A stretch of 64,000 nt of DNA, taken from contig JBBIJC010000002.1 in NCBI GenBank assembly GCA_037446165.1, forward strand, positions 17,404-81,403. The letters run 5' to 3'. Shown piece after piece: positions 56,901 through 64,000 of this stretch. Origin of the DNA: Hydrogenophilales bacterium (GTDB lineage Bacteria; Pseudomonadota; Gammaproteobacteria; Burkholderiales; Thiobacillaceae). Position 1 is the stretch's first letter; each line of letters starts with the position of its first letter. A program made the translations under genes and the position numbers. Under the pieces are notes generated by a model. That model saw only the letters and a list, made by a program, of their open reading frames with translations. It made no database searches and was not told the origin of the DNA.

Positions 56901-57473
56901 ATCCTGCCCCTGGGTCATTGGGTGCTGGAGACCGCCTGCACCCAACTGGTCGCGTGGGCCAGCCGCCCCGAGCTGGCCCATCTCACCCTGGCGGTGAATA
57001 TCAGCGCCCGCCAGTTCCGGCATCCTGATTTCGCAGATCAGGTGCTGGCTGTGCTCGACCAGACCGGGGCCAAGCCCAAACGTCTGAAACTGGAGCTCAC
57101 CGAAAGCCTGCTCCTGGAAGACGTGGCCGACATCATCGCCAAAATGAGCAAGCTGAAAGCCAGCGGGGTGGGCTTCTCGCTGGATGACTTCGGCACCGGC
57201 TATTCCTCGCTCAGCTACCTGAAGCGCCTGCCGCTGGATCAGCTGAAGATCGACCAATCCTTTGTCCGGGACGTGCTCACCGATCCGAACGATGCCGCCA
57301 TTGCCCGCACCATTGTCGCCCTGGCCCAAAGCATGGGCCTGACGGTCATTGCCGAGGGCGTGGAAACCGAGGCCCAGCGCGCATTCCTGGCCAGCGAAGG
57401 CTGCTTCGCCTATCAGGGTTATCTGTTTGGCCGCCCCGGACCGGTCGAAGCGATTGAACGTTTGGCGAGCTGA
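53985..57473 (+). CDS. MHYT - periplasmic Cache-like - PAS - GGDEF - EAL multidomain c-di-GMP signalling protein
   Basis: 1162 aa. Three MHYT motifs (AMHFVGM, TMHYSGM, GMHYTAM). About 290-aa extracytoplasmic region between TM segments (YADRDYFKQA...GLYYSAPI). PAS (NQAFTEITGY). I-site REGD followed by GGDEF. EAL-domain motifs EVLVRW, ELTES, DDFGTGYSS, QGYLFGRP. RBS GAGGAG; 11-nt gap from the upstream gene. Confidence 0.9.
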   Translation: MPDFLHLVTTPPESSLLYTGHYDPVLVSLSVVAAIFASYAALLVSEHVANAAETRPRRVWIAIGGTCMGLGIWAMHFVGMLAFSLPCGTAYDPLITLLSMIPGVMASILAMTIISRPTLSTSRLVSGGLLLGLGIGTMHYSGMAALHLDGMIRYDLKLFLLSILVAIALAMLALWIRNRLQSWHPFELFWVPVISAVVLGLAVSGMHYTAMAAAYFISDSDQSIVDSQITPTFLASMVLVVTSAIIVLTMVASYVAKPKLFSLRGSYEVTGLMIAGWIGIAWLSAGAYYDHLARSVYQHESEQAAHRLNQVTGNIDDAVQMLKGIALVIALDHDTHEVLRRFDPDIGPSMQNYEARKKAWTGDKALADLNHSLAVEATHLNADVTWIVNAAGDCIAASNAGTAGSFVGTNYADRDYFKQASAGQNGHQYAVGRTSKIPGLYYSAPILENGRFIGAAVAKRDITKFARWTNPVNAFISDSNGVIILAPDPKLENHTLPKAEFLNLSLEKRQMQYKTSRFEPLTISRWDQGQFPSAVLLGDSKEPVALVSRVLPEDAITIHLSRPMADLARLQIERTGLFILLAVAGSMLIVAAGAMVLYLRQARETETDLRIAAAAFNVQEGMMVTDARGVILRVNQAFTEITGYTPDEVVGQNPRLLSSGRHDAAFYRELWDAIERIGAWQGEVWNRRKNGEEFPEWLTITAVKGIHGAVTHFVATMSDISQRKAAEDEIKQLAFYDALTHLPNRRLLTDRLKQAMTTSARSGHGGALLFIDLDNFKTLNDTLGHDKGDLLLQQVADRLVRCVREGDTVSRFGGDEFVVMLEGLGDNLEDAATQTRTVGEKILTILTQPYQLAGYKHHSTSSIGATLFQGSRDSLDELLKQADLAMYQAKDAGRNVLRFFDQGMQAVANARASLEADMHQALRSNEFILYYQPQVDRDGQLTGAEVLVRWQHPRHGLVPPAEFIPLAEETGMILPLGHWVLETACTQLVAWASRPELAHLTLAVNISARQFRHPDFADQVLAVLDQTGAKPKRLKLELTESLLLEDVADIIAKMSKLKASGVGFSLDDFGTGYSSLSYLKRLPLDQLKIDQSFVRDVLTDPNDAAIARTIVALAQSMGLTVIAEGVETEAQRAFLASEGCFAYQGYLFGRPGPVEAIERLAS

Positions 57474-57534
57474 GTCCGGGCCGCCATGTAGTTGTTGTCT
57501 GATCCCTCACCGTTTCAGGCGATAATCGCGCCCC

Positions 57535-59478
57535 ATGATCCGACTCACCCGACTCACCCTCATTCGCGGCACCAAGCCGCTCATCGAAACCGCCGACCTG
57601 GTCCTCAACCCGGGCGAGAAGATCGGCCTGATCGGCGCCAACGGCTCGGGCAAATCCAGCCTGTTCGCCCTGCTCCGCAACGAGCTGCACCCCGACGCCG
57701 GCGATGTCGATTTCCCGGCCGCCTGGCGCATCGCCCATGTCGCCCAGGAAACCCCGGCCCTGGACCGAACCGCGCTCGACTACGCCATCGACGGCGACAC
57801 CACCCTGCGCCGGCTGGAAGCCGAACTGGCCGAGGCCGAACACGACCACGACGGTCATCGCATCGGCGAACTGCACGGCGCACTGCAGGATGCCGACGCC
57901 TACACGGTGCGCGCCCGTGCCGAACAGCTGCTGACCGGCCTGGGCTTCGCCAACGACCAGATGCAGCGACCCATCGCCAGCTTTTCCGGCGGCTGGCGGA
58001 TGCGCCTCAACCTGGCCCAGGCGCTGATGTGTCCGTCCGACCTGCTCCTGCTCGACGAACCGACCAACCACCTCGACCTGGACGCCATCCTCTGGCTGGA
58101 AGACTGGCTGAAACGCTATCCCGGAACCCTGATCGTCATCTCCCACGACCGCGACTTCCTCGACGGGGTGGTCAACGTGGTGGTGCACATCGACGGCCGG
58201 AAACTGAAACGCTACGGCGGCAACTATTCCAGCTTCGAGAAGCAGCGGGCGATCAACCTCTCCCTCGGCCAGGCCCAGTTTGAAAAGCAGTCGCGCGAAC
58301 GCGCCCACCTGCAATCGTTCATCGACCGGTTCAAGGCCAAGGCCAGCAAGGCCAAGCAGGCCCAGTCGCGGATGAAGATGCTGGCCAAGATGGAAGAACT
58401 GGCGCCGATCCATGCCGCCGCCTCGTTCTCGTTCGAGTTCGGCGAACCGGAACGGGCGCCGAACCCGCTGCTGGTGCTGGAAGACGTGGTCGCAGGTTAC
58501 GGTGACAAGACCATCCTCTCCGGCATCAACCTCAACCTCCAGGCCGGCCAGCGCATCGGCCTGCTTGGCGTCAACGGCGCCGGCAAGTCGACCCTGATCA
58601 AGACCCTGGTCGGCGACATCCCGCCGCTGTCCGGCAAGCTGGTTGCCGGCAAGGGCCTGGCCATCGGCTATTTCGCCCAACACCAGCTGGAGATGCTGCG
58701 TCACGACCAGTCGCCGCTCTGGCACCTGGGCAGGCTGTCGCCGACCACTCGCGAACAGGAACTGCGCAACTTCCTGGGCGGCTTCAACTTCAACGGCGAG
58801 ATGGCCACTGCGCCGATCGCGCCGCTCTCTGGCGGCGAAAAGGCCCGGCTGGCGCTGGCCCTGATCGTCTGGCAACGGCCCAACCTGCTCCTGCTCGACG
58901 AACCAACCAACCACCTCGACCTGGAAACCCGCGAGGCGCTGACCGTCGCCCTGGCCCAGTTCGAAGGCACCCTGATCCTGGTCTCCCACGACCGTCACCT
59001 GCTCCGCGCCACCACCGACGAATTCATGATCGTCGCCGACGGCAGCCTGCAGCCCTTTGACGGCGACCTGGACGACTACCGCGACTGGCTGTTCCGGACC
59101 AAGCTCGGCCAGGGCAAGCCCAGACCGGACAAAACCGAGCCGCTCTCCACGCCGGCCGAAGCCGAGGCCGTTGCACGGGACAATATCGACCGCAAGGAAC
59201 AGAAACGCCAGGAAGCGTCAGCCCGGCAGCGCCTGTCCGCCCAGCGCAAACCGATCGAGACCCGGATCAAGCGGCTGGAAGAGCAAATGGCCCGGCGCAA
59301 TTCCCGCAAGGCAGAACTGGAGACCCTGCTGGCCGACCCTGCGGTCTATGGCGAAGCGCAGAAGGAGACGCTGAAAAACCACCTGTTCGAACAAGCCGAC
59401 CTGGCCAGGGAACTTCATCAACTGGAGGCGGAATGGCTGGAGCAACAGGAAGCGCTGGAGGCCATTGTTGTCGATTGA
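57535..59478 (+). CDS. ABC-F family ATPase (YheS-like, no membrane domain)
   Basis: 647 aa. Two ABC cassettes (GANGSGKSS / FSGGWRMRL; GVNGAGKST / LSGGEKARL) and a charged coiled-coil C-terminus. Confidence 0.9.
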   Translation: MIRLTRLTLIRGTKPLIETADLVLNPGEKIGLIGANGSGKSSLFALLRNELHPDAGDVDFPAAWRIAHVAQETPALDRTALDYAIDGDTTLRRLEAELAEAEHDHDGHRIGELHGALQDADAYTVRARAEQLLTGLGFANDQMQRPIASFSGGWRMRLNLAQALMCPSDLLLLDEPTNHLDLDAILWLEDWLKRYPGTLIVISHDRDFLDGVVNVVVHIDGRKLKRYGGNYSSFEKQRAINLSLGQAQFEKQSRERAHLQSFIDRFKAKASKAKQAQSRMKMLAKMEELAPIHAAASFSFEFGEPERAPNPLLVLEDVVAGYGDKTILSGINLNLQAGQRIGLLGVNGAGKSTLIKTLVGDIPPLSGKLVAGKGLAIGYFAQHQLEMLRHDQSPLWHLGRLSPTTREQELRNFLGGFNFNGEMATAPIAPLSGGEKARLALALIVWQRPNLLLLDEPTNHLDLETREALTVALAQFEGTLILVSHDRHLLRATTDEFMIVADGSLQPFDGDLDDYRDWLFRTKLGQGKPRPDKTEPLSTPAEAEAVARDNIDRKEQKRQEASARQRLSAQRKPIETRIKRLEEQMARRNSRKAELETLLADPAVYGEAQKETLKNHLFEQADLARELHQLEAEWLEQQEALEAIVVD

Positions 59479-59541
59479 CAGCCTGCTCGCGGCCGCCCGA
59501 CCGGTACAAACCCCATCAGACCGCCCGGCCACACCGGGCTG

Positions 59542-59579
59542 GTTCATTCTTCCAGTGTTCATTTGCGCCCATATTCATT
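59542..59579 (+). repeat. Three direct TTCATT repeats at 15-16 bp spacing upstream of glgP
   Basis: GTTCATT at 59542..59548, GTTCATT at 59557..59563, ATTCATT at 59573..59579. Read directly from the sequence. Confidence 0.4.
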
Positions 59580-59582
59580 ACC

Positions 59583-59611
59583 CTGTCACTGTATAACTAA
59601 CGATATAACCC
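59583..59611 (+). promoter_or_regulatory. Conserved element CTGTCA..TATAACTAAC-GAT-ATAACCC, copy 1 (ends 3 nt before the glgP ATG)
   Basis: Shares blocks CTGTCA, TATAACTRAC and ATAACCC, with identical 3-nt spacing between the last two blocks, with 62170..62206 upstream of tal. Confidence 0.4.
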
Positions 59612-59614
59612 GCC

Positions 59615-62137
59615 ATGTCCCACCGATCCAGCACAACCCGCCTTAAGCCATTTCGCGTGAGCCGCCCCACCGCCGAGCTGTATGAACTGCCGCCCCTGGG
59701 CATGGATGAGGCGGCCCTGGCCTTGGATATCCGCCGCTATTTTGGCAATTTCCTTGGCCGCAGCCCTCACTGCCGCTCTTCTCACTATCCCTACATTGCC
59801 CTGACCCTGTCTCTGCGCGATCGCCTCATGGAGCGCTGGAAGCGGACCCGGGCGGCCTATGAGCAACAAGACGCCCGGCACGCCTACTACCTCTCGCTTG
59901 AGTTTCTGATGGGCCGCACCCTCAACAATGCCCTGCTCAACCTGGGCCTGGACGAGACCGCGAAAACCAGCTTGCACCAACTCGGGCTCGACCTGGAAGA
60001 ACTGATCGACGTCGAGCTGGACGCAGGGCTGGGCAACGGCGGCCTGGGTCGTCTCGCTGCCTGCTTCCTGGACAGCTGCGCCACCCTGCAACTGCCGGTG
60101 ATGGGCTACGGCATCCGCTATGAATACGGGATGTTCCGCCAGCACATCGAACATTGCCAGCAGATGGAGGAGCCGGACCACTGGCTGCGCGACGGCAATC
60201 CGTGGGAACTGGAACGGCCGGAGCACACCCGGCGCGTTCAGTACTATGGCCATACCGAAACTTACGAGGACATCCAGGGCCGTCGCCACGTGCGTTTGAT
60301 GAATACCCAGGATGTGCTCGCGGTGCCCTTCGACACGCCCATCCCCGGTTACCAGAACGATACCGTCAACGTGCTGCGCCTGTGGAGCGCAGCGGCGACC
60401 GACGAGTTCGACCTGCAGGAGTTCAATTCCGGTTCGTACACCGAGTCGGTCGCCGCCAAGAATGCGGCCGAGAACATCACCATGGTGCTGTACCCGAACG
60501 ACGCCAGCGAGAACGGCAAGGAATTGCGCCTGAAACAGCAATATTTCCTCGCCTCCGCCAGCCTCCAGGACGTACTGGCCCGCTGGGAGCAATACCACGG
60601 CCTGGACTTCAGCCGCTTTGCCGAAAAGAACGTATTTCAACTCAATGACACGCACCCGACCTGCGCGGTACCCGAGCTGATGCGCCTGCTCATGGACGAA
60701 TACCAGCTGGAATGGGATGCGGCCTGGGCCATCACCAGCAAGGTCATGGCCTACACCAACCACACACTGCTGCCGGAGGCCCTGGAGAAATGGCCGGTAC
60801 GCCTGTTCGGCCAGCTTTTGCCCCGTCTGCTCGAGATCATCTACGAAATCAACACCCGTTTCCTGACCGAAGTGGCCCGCCGCTGGCCGGGTGACAACTC
60901 GCGCCTGGCACGCATGTCGCTGATCGAGGAAGGTCACGATCCCCAGGTGCGCATGGCCTATCTGGCGATCGTCGGCAGCTTCTCGGTGAACGGTGTCGCC
61001 GCCCTGCATTCCGATCTGCTGCGCCAGGGCCTGTTCCAAGATTTCCACGAACTGTGGCCCTACAAGTTCAACAACAAGACCAACGGGGTCACCCAACGCC
61101 GCTGGCTGGCCGCCGCCAACCCGGCGCTGGCGCAACTGCTTACCACCAGGCTAGGCAATGACTGGATCCGGCAGCTGGACAAGCTGCGCGGCCTGATCCC
61201 GCTTGCCGACGACAAGGCCTTCCAGCAGCACTGGCATGAGGTGAAGCGCGGCAACAAGGTCCGGCTCGCGGAACTGGTGAAGAAAGACTGCAAGGTCGAC
61301 TTCGATCCAGACGCGCTGTTCGACGTCCAGGTGAAGCGCATCCACGAATACAAGCGCCAGCTGCTCAATATCCTGCATGTTATCCACCTCTACGCCCGCC
61401 TGAAAAACGGCGAAGACGCGGACTGGACCAACCGCTGCGTACTCATCGGCGGCAAGGCCGCTCCCGGCTACTTCATGGCCAAGCGCATCATCACCCTGAT
61501 CTGCAAGGTGGCGGACATGCTCAACGGCGATGCGCAGGTGGCCAATCGGCTCAAGCTGGCCTTCCTGCCCAACTACCGCGTTTCGGCCATGGAGATCATC
61601 GCTCCGGGCACCGACCTGTCCGAGCAGATCTCCACCGCCGGCAAGGAAGCGTCCGGCACCGGCAACATGAAGTTCATGATGAACGGGGCCATCACCATCG
61701 GCACCCTGGATGGCGCCAACATCGAAATCCGCGAGGAGGTCGGCGAGGACAACTTCTTCCTGTTCGGACTCAACGCCGAGGAAGTGGAAGCCGCCCGCGC
61801 CCACTACGACCCCAGCGCCATCATCGACGCCGATCCGGACCTTAAACGGGTCATGGACCTGCTTGAATCCGGCCACTTCAACCACTTCGAACCCGGCCTG
61901 TTCGACCCCATCATCCAGGCCATCCGCAGCCCGCATGACCCCTGGCTGGTGGCGGCCGACTTCCGTGCCTTCGTCGATGCCCAGGCCCGCGCCTCGGCCG
62001 CCTACCAGGACCGGAACCGCTGGACCCGGATGAGCATCCTCAACACCGCCACCAGCGGCAAGTTCTCGACCGACCGGACCATGCAGGAATACAACGCGGA
62101 GATCTGGCGGCTGACGCCAGTGGCGTCGGTCAAATAA
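59615..62137 (+). CDS. glgP: Glycogen/maltodextrin phosphorylase
   Basis: 840 aa. LGNGGLGRLAACFLDS, PLP-lysine motif EASGTGNMKFMMNGA. Confidence 0.95.
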   Translation: MSHRSSTTRLKPFRVSRPTAELYELPPLGMDEAALALDIRRYFGNFLGRSPHCRSSHYPYIALTLSLRDRLMERWKRTRAAYEQQDARHAYYLSLEFLMGRTLNNALLNLGLDETAKTSLHQLGLDLEELIDVELDAGLGNGGLGRLAACFLDSCATLQLPVMGYGIRYEYGMFRQHIEHCQQMEEPDHWLRDGNPWELERPEHTRRVQYYGHTETYEDIQGRRHVRLMNTQDVLAVPFDTPIPGYQNDTVNVLRLWSAAATDEFDLQEFNSGSYTESVAAKNAAENITMVLYPNDASENGKELRLKQQYFLASASLQDVLARWEQYHGLDFSRFAEKNVFQLNDTHPTCAVPELMRLLMDEYQLEWDAAWAITSKVMAYTNHTLLPEALEKWPVRLFGQLLPRLLEIIYEINTRFLTEVARRWPGDNSRLARMSLIEEGHDPQVRMAYLAIVGSFSVNGVAALHSDLLRQGLFQDFHELWPYKFNNKTNGVTQRRWLAAANPALAQLLTTRLGNDWIRQLDKLRGLIPLADDKAFQQHWHEVKRGNKVRLAELVKKDCKVDFDPDALFDVQVKRIHEYKRQLLNILHVIHLYARLKNGEDADWTNRCVLIGGKAAPGYFMAKRIITLICKVADMLNGDAQVANRLKLAFLPNYRVSAMEIIAPGTDLSEQISTAGKEASGTGNMKFMMNGAITIGTLDGANIEIREEVGEDNFFLFGLNAEEVEAARAHYDPSAIIDADPDLKRVMDLLESGHFNHFEPGLFDPIIQAIRSPHDPWLVAADFRAFVDAQARASAAYQDRNRWTRMSILNTATSGKFSTDRTMQEYNAEIWRLTPVASVK

Positions 62138-62161
62138 GCCGGGCAGGCCAGCCTGCCCGGC
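62138..62161 (+). terminator. 10-bp stem / 4-nt loop immediately after the glgP stop (GCCGGGCAGG-CCAG-CCTGCCCGGC), no U-tract
   Basis: Read directly. It begins at the first base after the TAA. Confidence 0.5.
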
Positions 62162-62169
62162 CGTCGGGG

Positions 62170-62206
62170 CTGTCATACAAGGGTGCTATAACTGACTCCA
62201 TAACCC
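62170..62206 (+). promoter_or_regulatory. Conserved element CTGTCA..TATAACTGAC-TCC-ATAACCC, copy 2 (13 nt before the tal ATG)
   Basis: See copy 1 at 59583..59611. Followed by RBS AGGAGG. Confidence 0.4.
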
Positions 62207-62219
62207 TCAGGAGGTCCAC

Positions 62220-63173
62220 ATGGCCAACCAGCTCGAACAACTCCGCTCCATGACCGCCATCGTCGCCGACACCGGCGACATCGACGCCATCGCCCAGCAC
62301 CGCCCGGAAGACGCCACCACCAACCCGTCATTGCTGCTCAAGGCGGCCGCCTCGCCGCGGTATGCACCGCTGCTGGACGAGGCCGTCGCCTGGGCGCGCG
62401 GCCAAACCAGCGACCCTGGCCGCCAGTTGACCGATGCCCTGGACAAGCTGGCCGTGAACGCCGGCGTCGAGATTCTGAAACTGGTACCTGGCCGGGTCTC
62501 GACCGAGGCCGACGCACGCCTGTCGTTCGACACCCAGGCCACCGTCGCCAAGGCACGGAGGCTGATCGAGTTGTACGCTGCCGCCGGCATCGGCCGGGAG
62601 CGGGTGCTGATCAAGATCGCCTCCACCTGGGAAGGGATCCGGGCGGGGGAAATCCTCGAACGCGAGGGCATCCATTGCAACCTGACCCTGCTGTTCGGTT
62701 TCGGCCAGGCCCGCGCCGCTGCCGAGGCCGGCGTGACCCTGATCTCGCCCTTCGTCGGGCGCATCTTCGACTGGAGCAAGAGCCATGGCGGCGATGCCAA
62801 CGTGGCGCCGGAGGACGACCCCGGGGTGCGTTCGGTGCAGGCCATCTACCGCTATTACAAGCAGCACGGCTATGCCACCACGGTGATGGGCGCCTCGTTC
62901 CGCAATACCGGCGAGATCCTGGCCCTGGCCGGCTGCGACCGGCTGACCATCAGCCCCAATCTGATGGACGAACTGGCTGCCAGCGAGGTCCTGGTGCCGC
63001 GCAGGCTGGTTTACGACGGCGCAATGCAGCCCCGGCCCGCCGCCATGACCGGGGCTCAATTCCGCTGGGATCTGAACGAGGATGCCATGGCCACCGAGAA
63101 ACTGGCCGAGGGCATCCGCAATTTCACGGTCGACCAGATCAAACTGGAAAAGACGCTGGCCGAACGGCTGTAG
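62220..63173 (+). CDS. tal: Transaldolase (TalB type)
   Basis: 317 aa. [13 protein letters not shown], Schiff-base lysine region [12 protein letters not shown]. Confidence 0.94.
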   Translation: MANQLEQLRSMTAIVADTGDIDAIAQHRPEDATTNPSLLLKAAASPRYAPLLDEAVAWARGQTSDPGRQLTDALDKLAVNAGVEILKLVPGRVSTEADARLSFDTQATVAKARRLIELYAAAGIGRERVLIKIASTWEGIRAGEILEREGIHCNLTLLFGFGQARAAAEAGVTLISPFVGRIFDWSKSHGGDANVAPEDDPGVRSVQAIYRYYKQHGYATTVMGASFRNTGEILALAGCDRLTISPNLMDELAASEVLVPRRLVYDGAMQPRPAAMTGAQFRWDLNEDAMATEKLAEGIRNFTVDQIKLEKTLAERL

Positions 63174-63218
63174 CACACCTGCCTGAGATCAAGGCGGACC
63201 AGGCCGCGCTGAGCGACC

Positions 63219-63869
63219 ATGGCCCCCATCGCAAATCCCTTTGAAAGCATGAGCATGTCCTTCCCCGACTATTTCGAGCAGATCCCGTCGCTCACCCTCT
63301 ACGACCCGCTGGCCGAACTACTCGGCGCCGCCACCAAGGGCCTCATGACCTACCGTTATGAGGACGCTGTCAAACTGGCCGGGCATTCCTGTCCGACGGT
63401 GGCCGGCGCCTGGCTGATGGCCGTGCGCGGCCTGTCCATCCTGTATCCTGAGCCGACCGTTCCCGAACGCGGCCAGATCAGGGTCGACCTGCGCGACCCC
63501 GAAGAAACCGGCACCACCGGTGTGGTGGCCAATGTACTTGGACTCATCACCGGCGCGGCCGGAGCCGGCGGCTTCAAGGGTCTGGGCAATCAGCATGTTC
63601 GGCGAGGGCTTCTCAAGTTCGGCGTTGAGCTGCCCGCACCGGTCAAACTGACCCGGCTGGACACCGGCGCGGCCGTGGCGCTGGACTATGCCCCGGAGGT
63701 CGTGCCCGCTTCGGCGGACATGGCCGCCGTGATGTCGGCTGTGGTGGCCGGGACCGCCGACCGTGCGGCACGCGAAACCTTCGGCCGGCTCTGGCAGGAA
63801 CGGGTCCGGCAAATCCTGATCGACCATGCCGGCGACCCCGATCTGGTCACCGCCTGGCACGCCGAGTGA
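63219..63869 (+). CDS. Hypothetical protein, distantly FmdE-like (GHSCP motif)
   Basis: 216 aa, Ala/Gly-rich. AGHSCPTVAGAW resembles the HGHxCPG motif of FmdE-domain proteins. Start uncertain: ATG 63219, 63249 or 63255. Confidence 0.55.
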   Translation: MAPIANPFESMSMSFPDYFEQIPSLTLYDPLAELLGAATKGLMTYRYEDAVKLAGHSCPTVAGAWLMAVRGLSILYPEPTVPERGQIRVDLRDPEETGTTGVVANVLGLITGAAGAGGFKGLGNQHVRRGLLKFGVELPAPVKLTRLDTGAAVALDYAPEVVPASADMAAVMSAVVAGTADRAARETFGRLWQERVRQILIDHAGDPDLVTAWHAE

Positions 63870-63930
63870 AGCCCGGAACCCCGTTTCCCTCAGCAAGACC
63901 AGGCTAGATTTCGTTCCTTGCCCAGCATCA

Positions 63931-63959
63931 TTCGATGCGCATACACTATACGCATCGAA
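63931..63959. promoter_or_regulatory. Operator-like palindrome TTCGATGCGCATA-CAC-TATACGCATCGAA
   Basis: The outer 9-bp arms are perfect and the 13-bp arms carry one mismatch. It ends 20 nt upstream of the ATG at 63980. Confidence 0.4.
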
Positions 63960-63979
63960 CAGGCACAAGGAATACCTCA

Positions 63980-64000
63980 TGACCGCCCCCACGAAAAAAG
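63980..64000 (+). CDS. Start of an unidentified CDS (MTAPTKK...), truncated by the window edge
   Basis: ATG preceded by AAGGA 8 nt upstream. Only 7 codons are visible. Confidence 0.35.

Noticed and set aside
54831-57329. 832-aa ORF antisense to the GGDEF-EAL gene. Similar long antisense ORFs occur at 15905..17332 (recQ), 57346..58998 (ABC-F), 59597..61135 (glgP), 51032..52639 (lpd), 7938..9284 (murA), 5931..7139 (hisD), 18649..19914 (glnS) and 4781..5386 (hisC).
   Set aside because: I checked the frame arithmetic for each. All are in codon register with the sense gene, where antisense stops require the rare sense codons TTA, CTA or TCA. Their products are Gly/Ala/Arg/His/Asp-rich with no motifs. 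These are typical GC-rich shadow ORFs.
57541-57558. Perfect tandem 9-bp duplication CGACTCACC-CGACTCACC at the 5' end of the ABC-F gene (encodes RLT-RLT)
   Set aside because: The resulting N-terminus (MIRLTRLTLIRG) has the same length as the YheS-type N-terminus up to the conserved RG. It therefore does not look like a recent insertion or a slippage polymorphism.

Overview
GC-rich proteobacterial chromosome segment. The gene order most resembles Betaproteobacteria (inference from synteny only). It is packed almost wall to wall with conserved housekeeping genes.

Gene content, left to right:
- Minus-strand run: tatC(partial)-tatB-tatA-HIT-hisE-I-F-A-H-B, then hisC inverted on the plus strand, then hisD-hisG-murA-ibaG-ABC2 permease/ATPase-mlaB-C-D-E-F, a small ORF and cysS.
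- recQ (+), a small orphan ORF (+) and glnS (-).
- TPR protein, L,D-transpeptidase, ppiB and lpxH (+).
- A 17-gene minus-strand run: metZ-purF-cvpA-SPOR/dedD-folC-accD-trpA-trpB-trpF-truA-membrane ORF-fimV-asd-leuB-leuD-entericidin-leuC.
- MFS transporter, DUF465 protein and aroC (-); HD-GYP protein (+); M17 aminopeptidase (-).
- aceE-aceF-lpd (+).
- Soluble MCP/CZB protein plus MHYT-Cache-PAS-GGDEF-EAL protein (+).
- ABC-F ATPase, glgP, tal, an FmdE-like ORF and the first codons of another gene (+).

I found no tRNA or rRNA genes, CRISPR arrays, transposases, integrases, phage genes or recognisable defence genes. I do not see convincing evidence for a new multi-gene system.

The most unusual points:
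1. In-place inversion of hisC inside an otherwise co-directional his cluster.
2. An apparently co-transcribed MCP-CZB / MHYT-Cache-PAS-GGDEF-EAL pair with no che genes nearby.
3. A conserved 20-nt element shared by the glgP and tal upstream regions.
4. A few small or orphan ORFs in conserved syntenic slots.

All calls rest on my own reading of the translations and motifs. No database search was possible.
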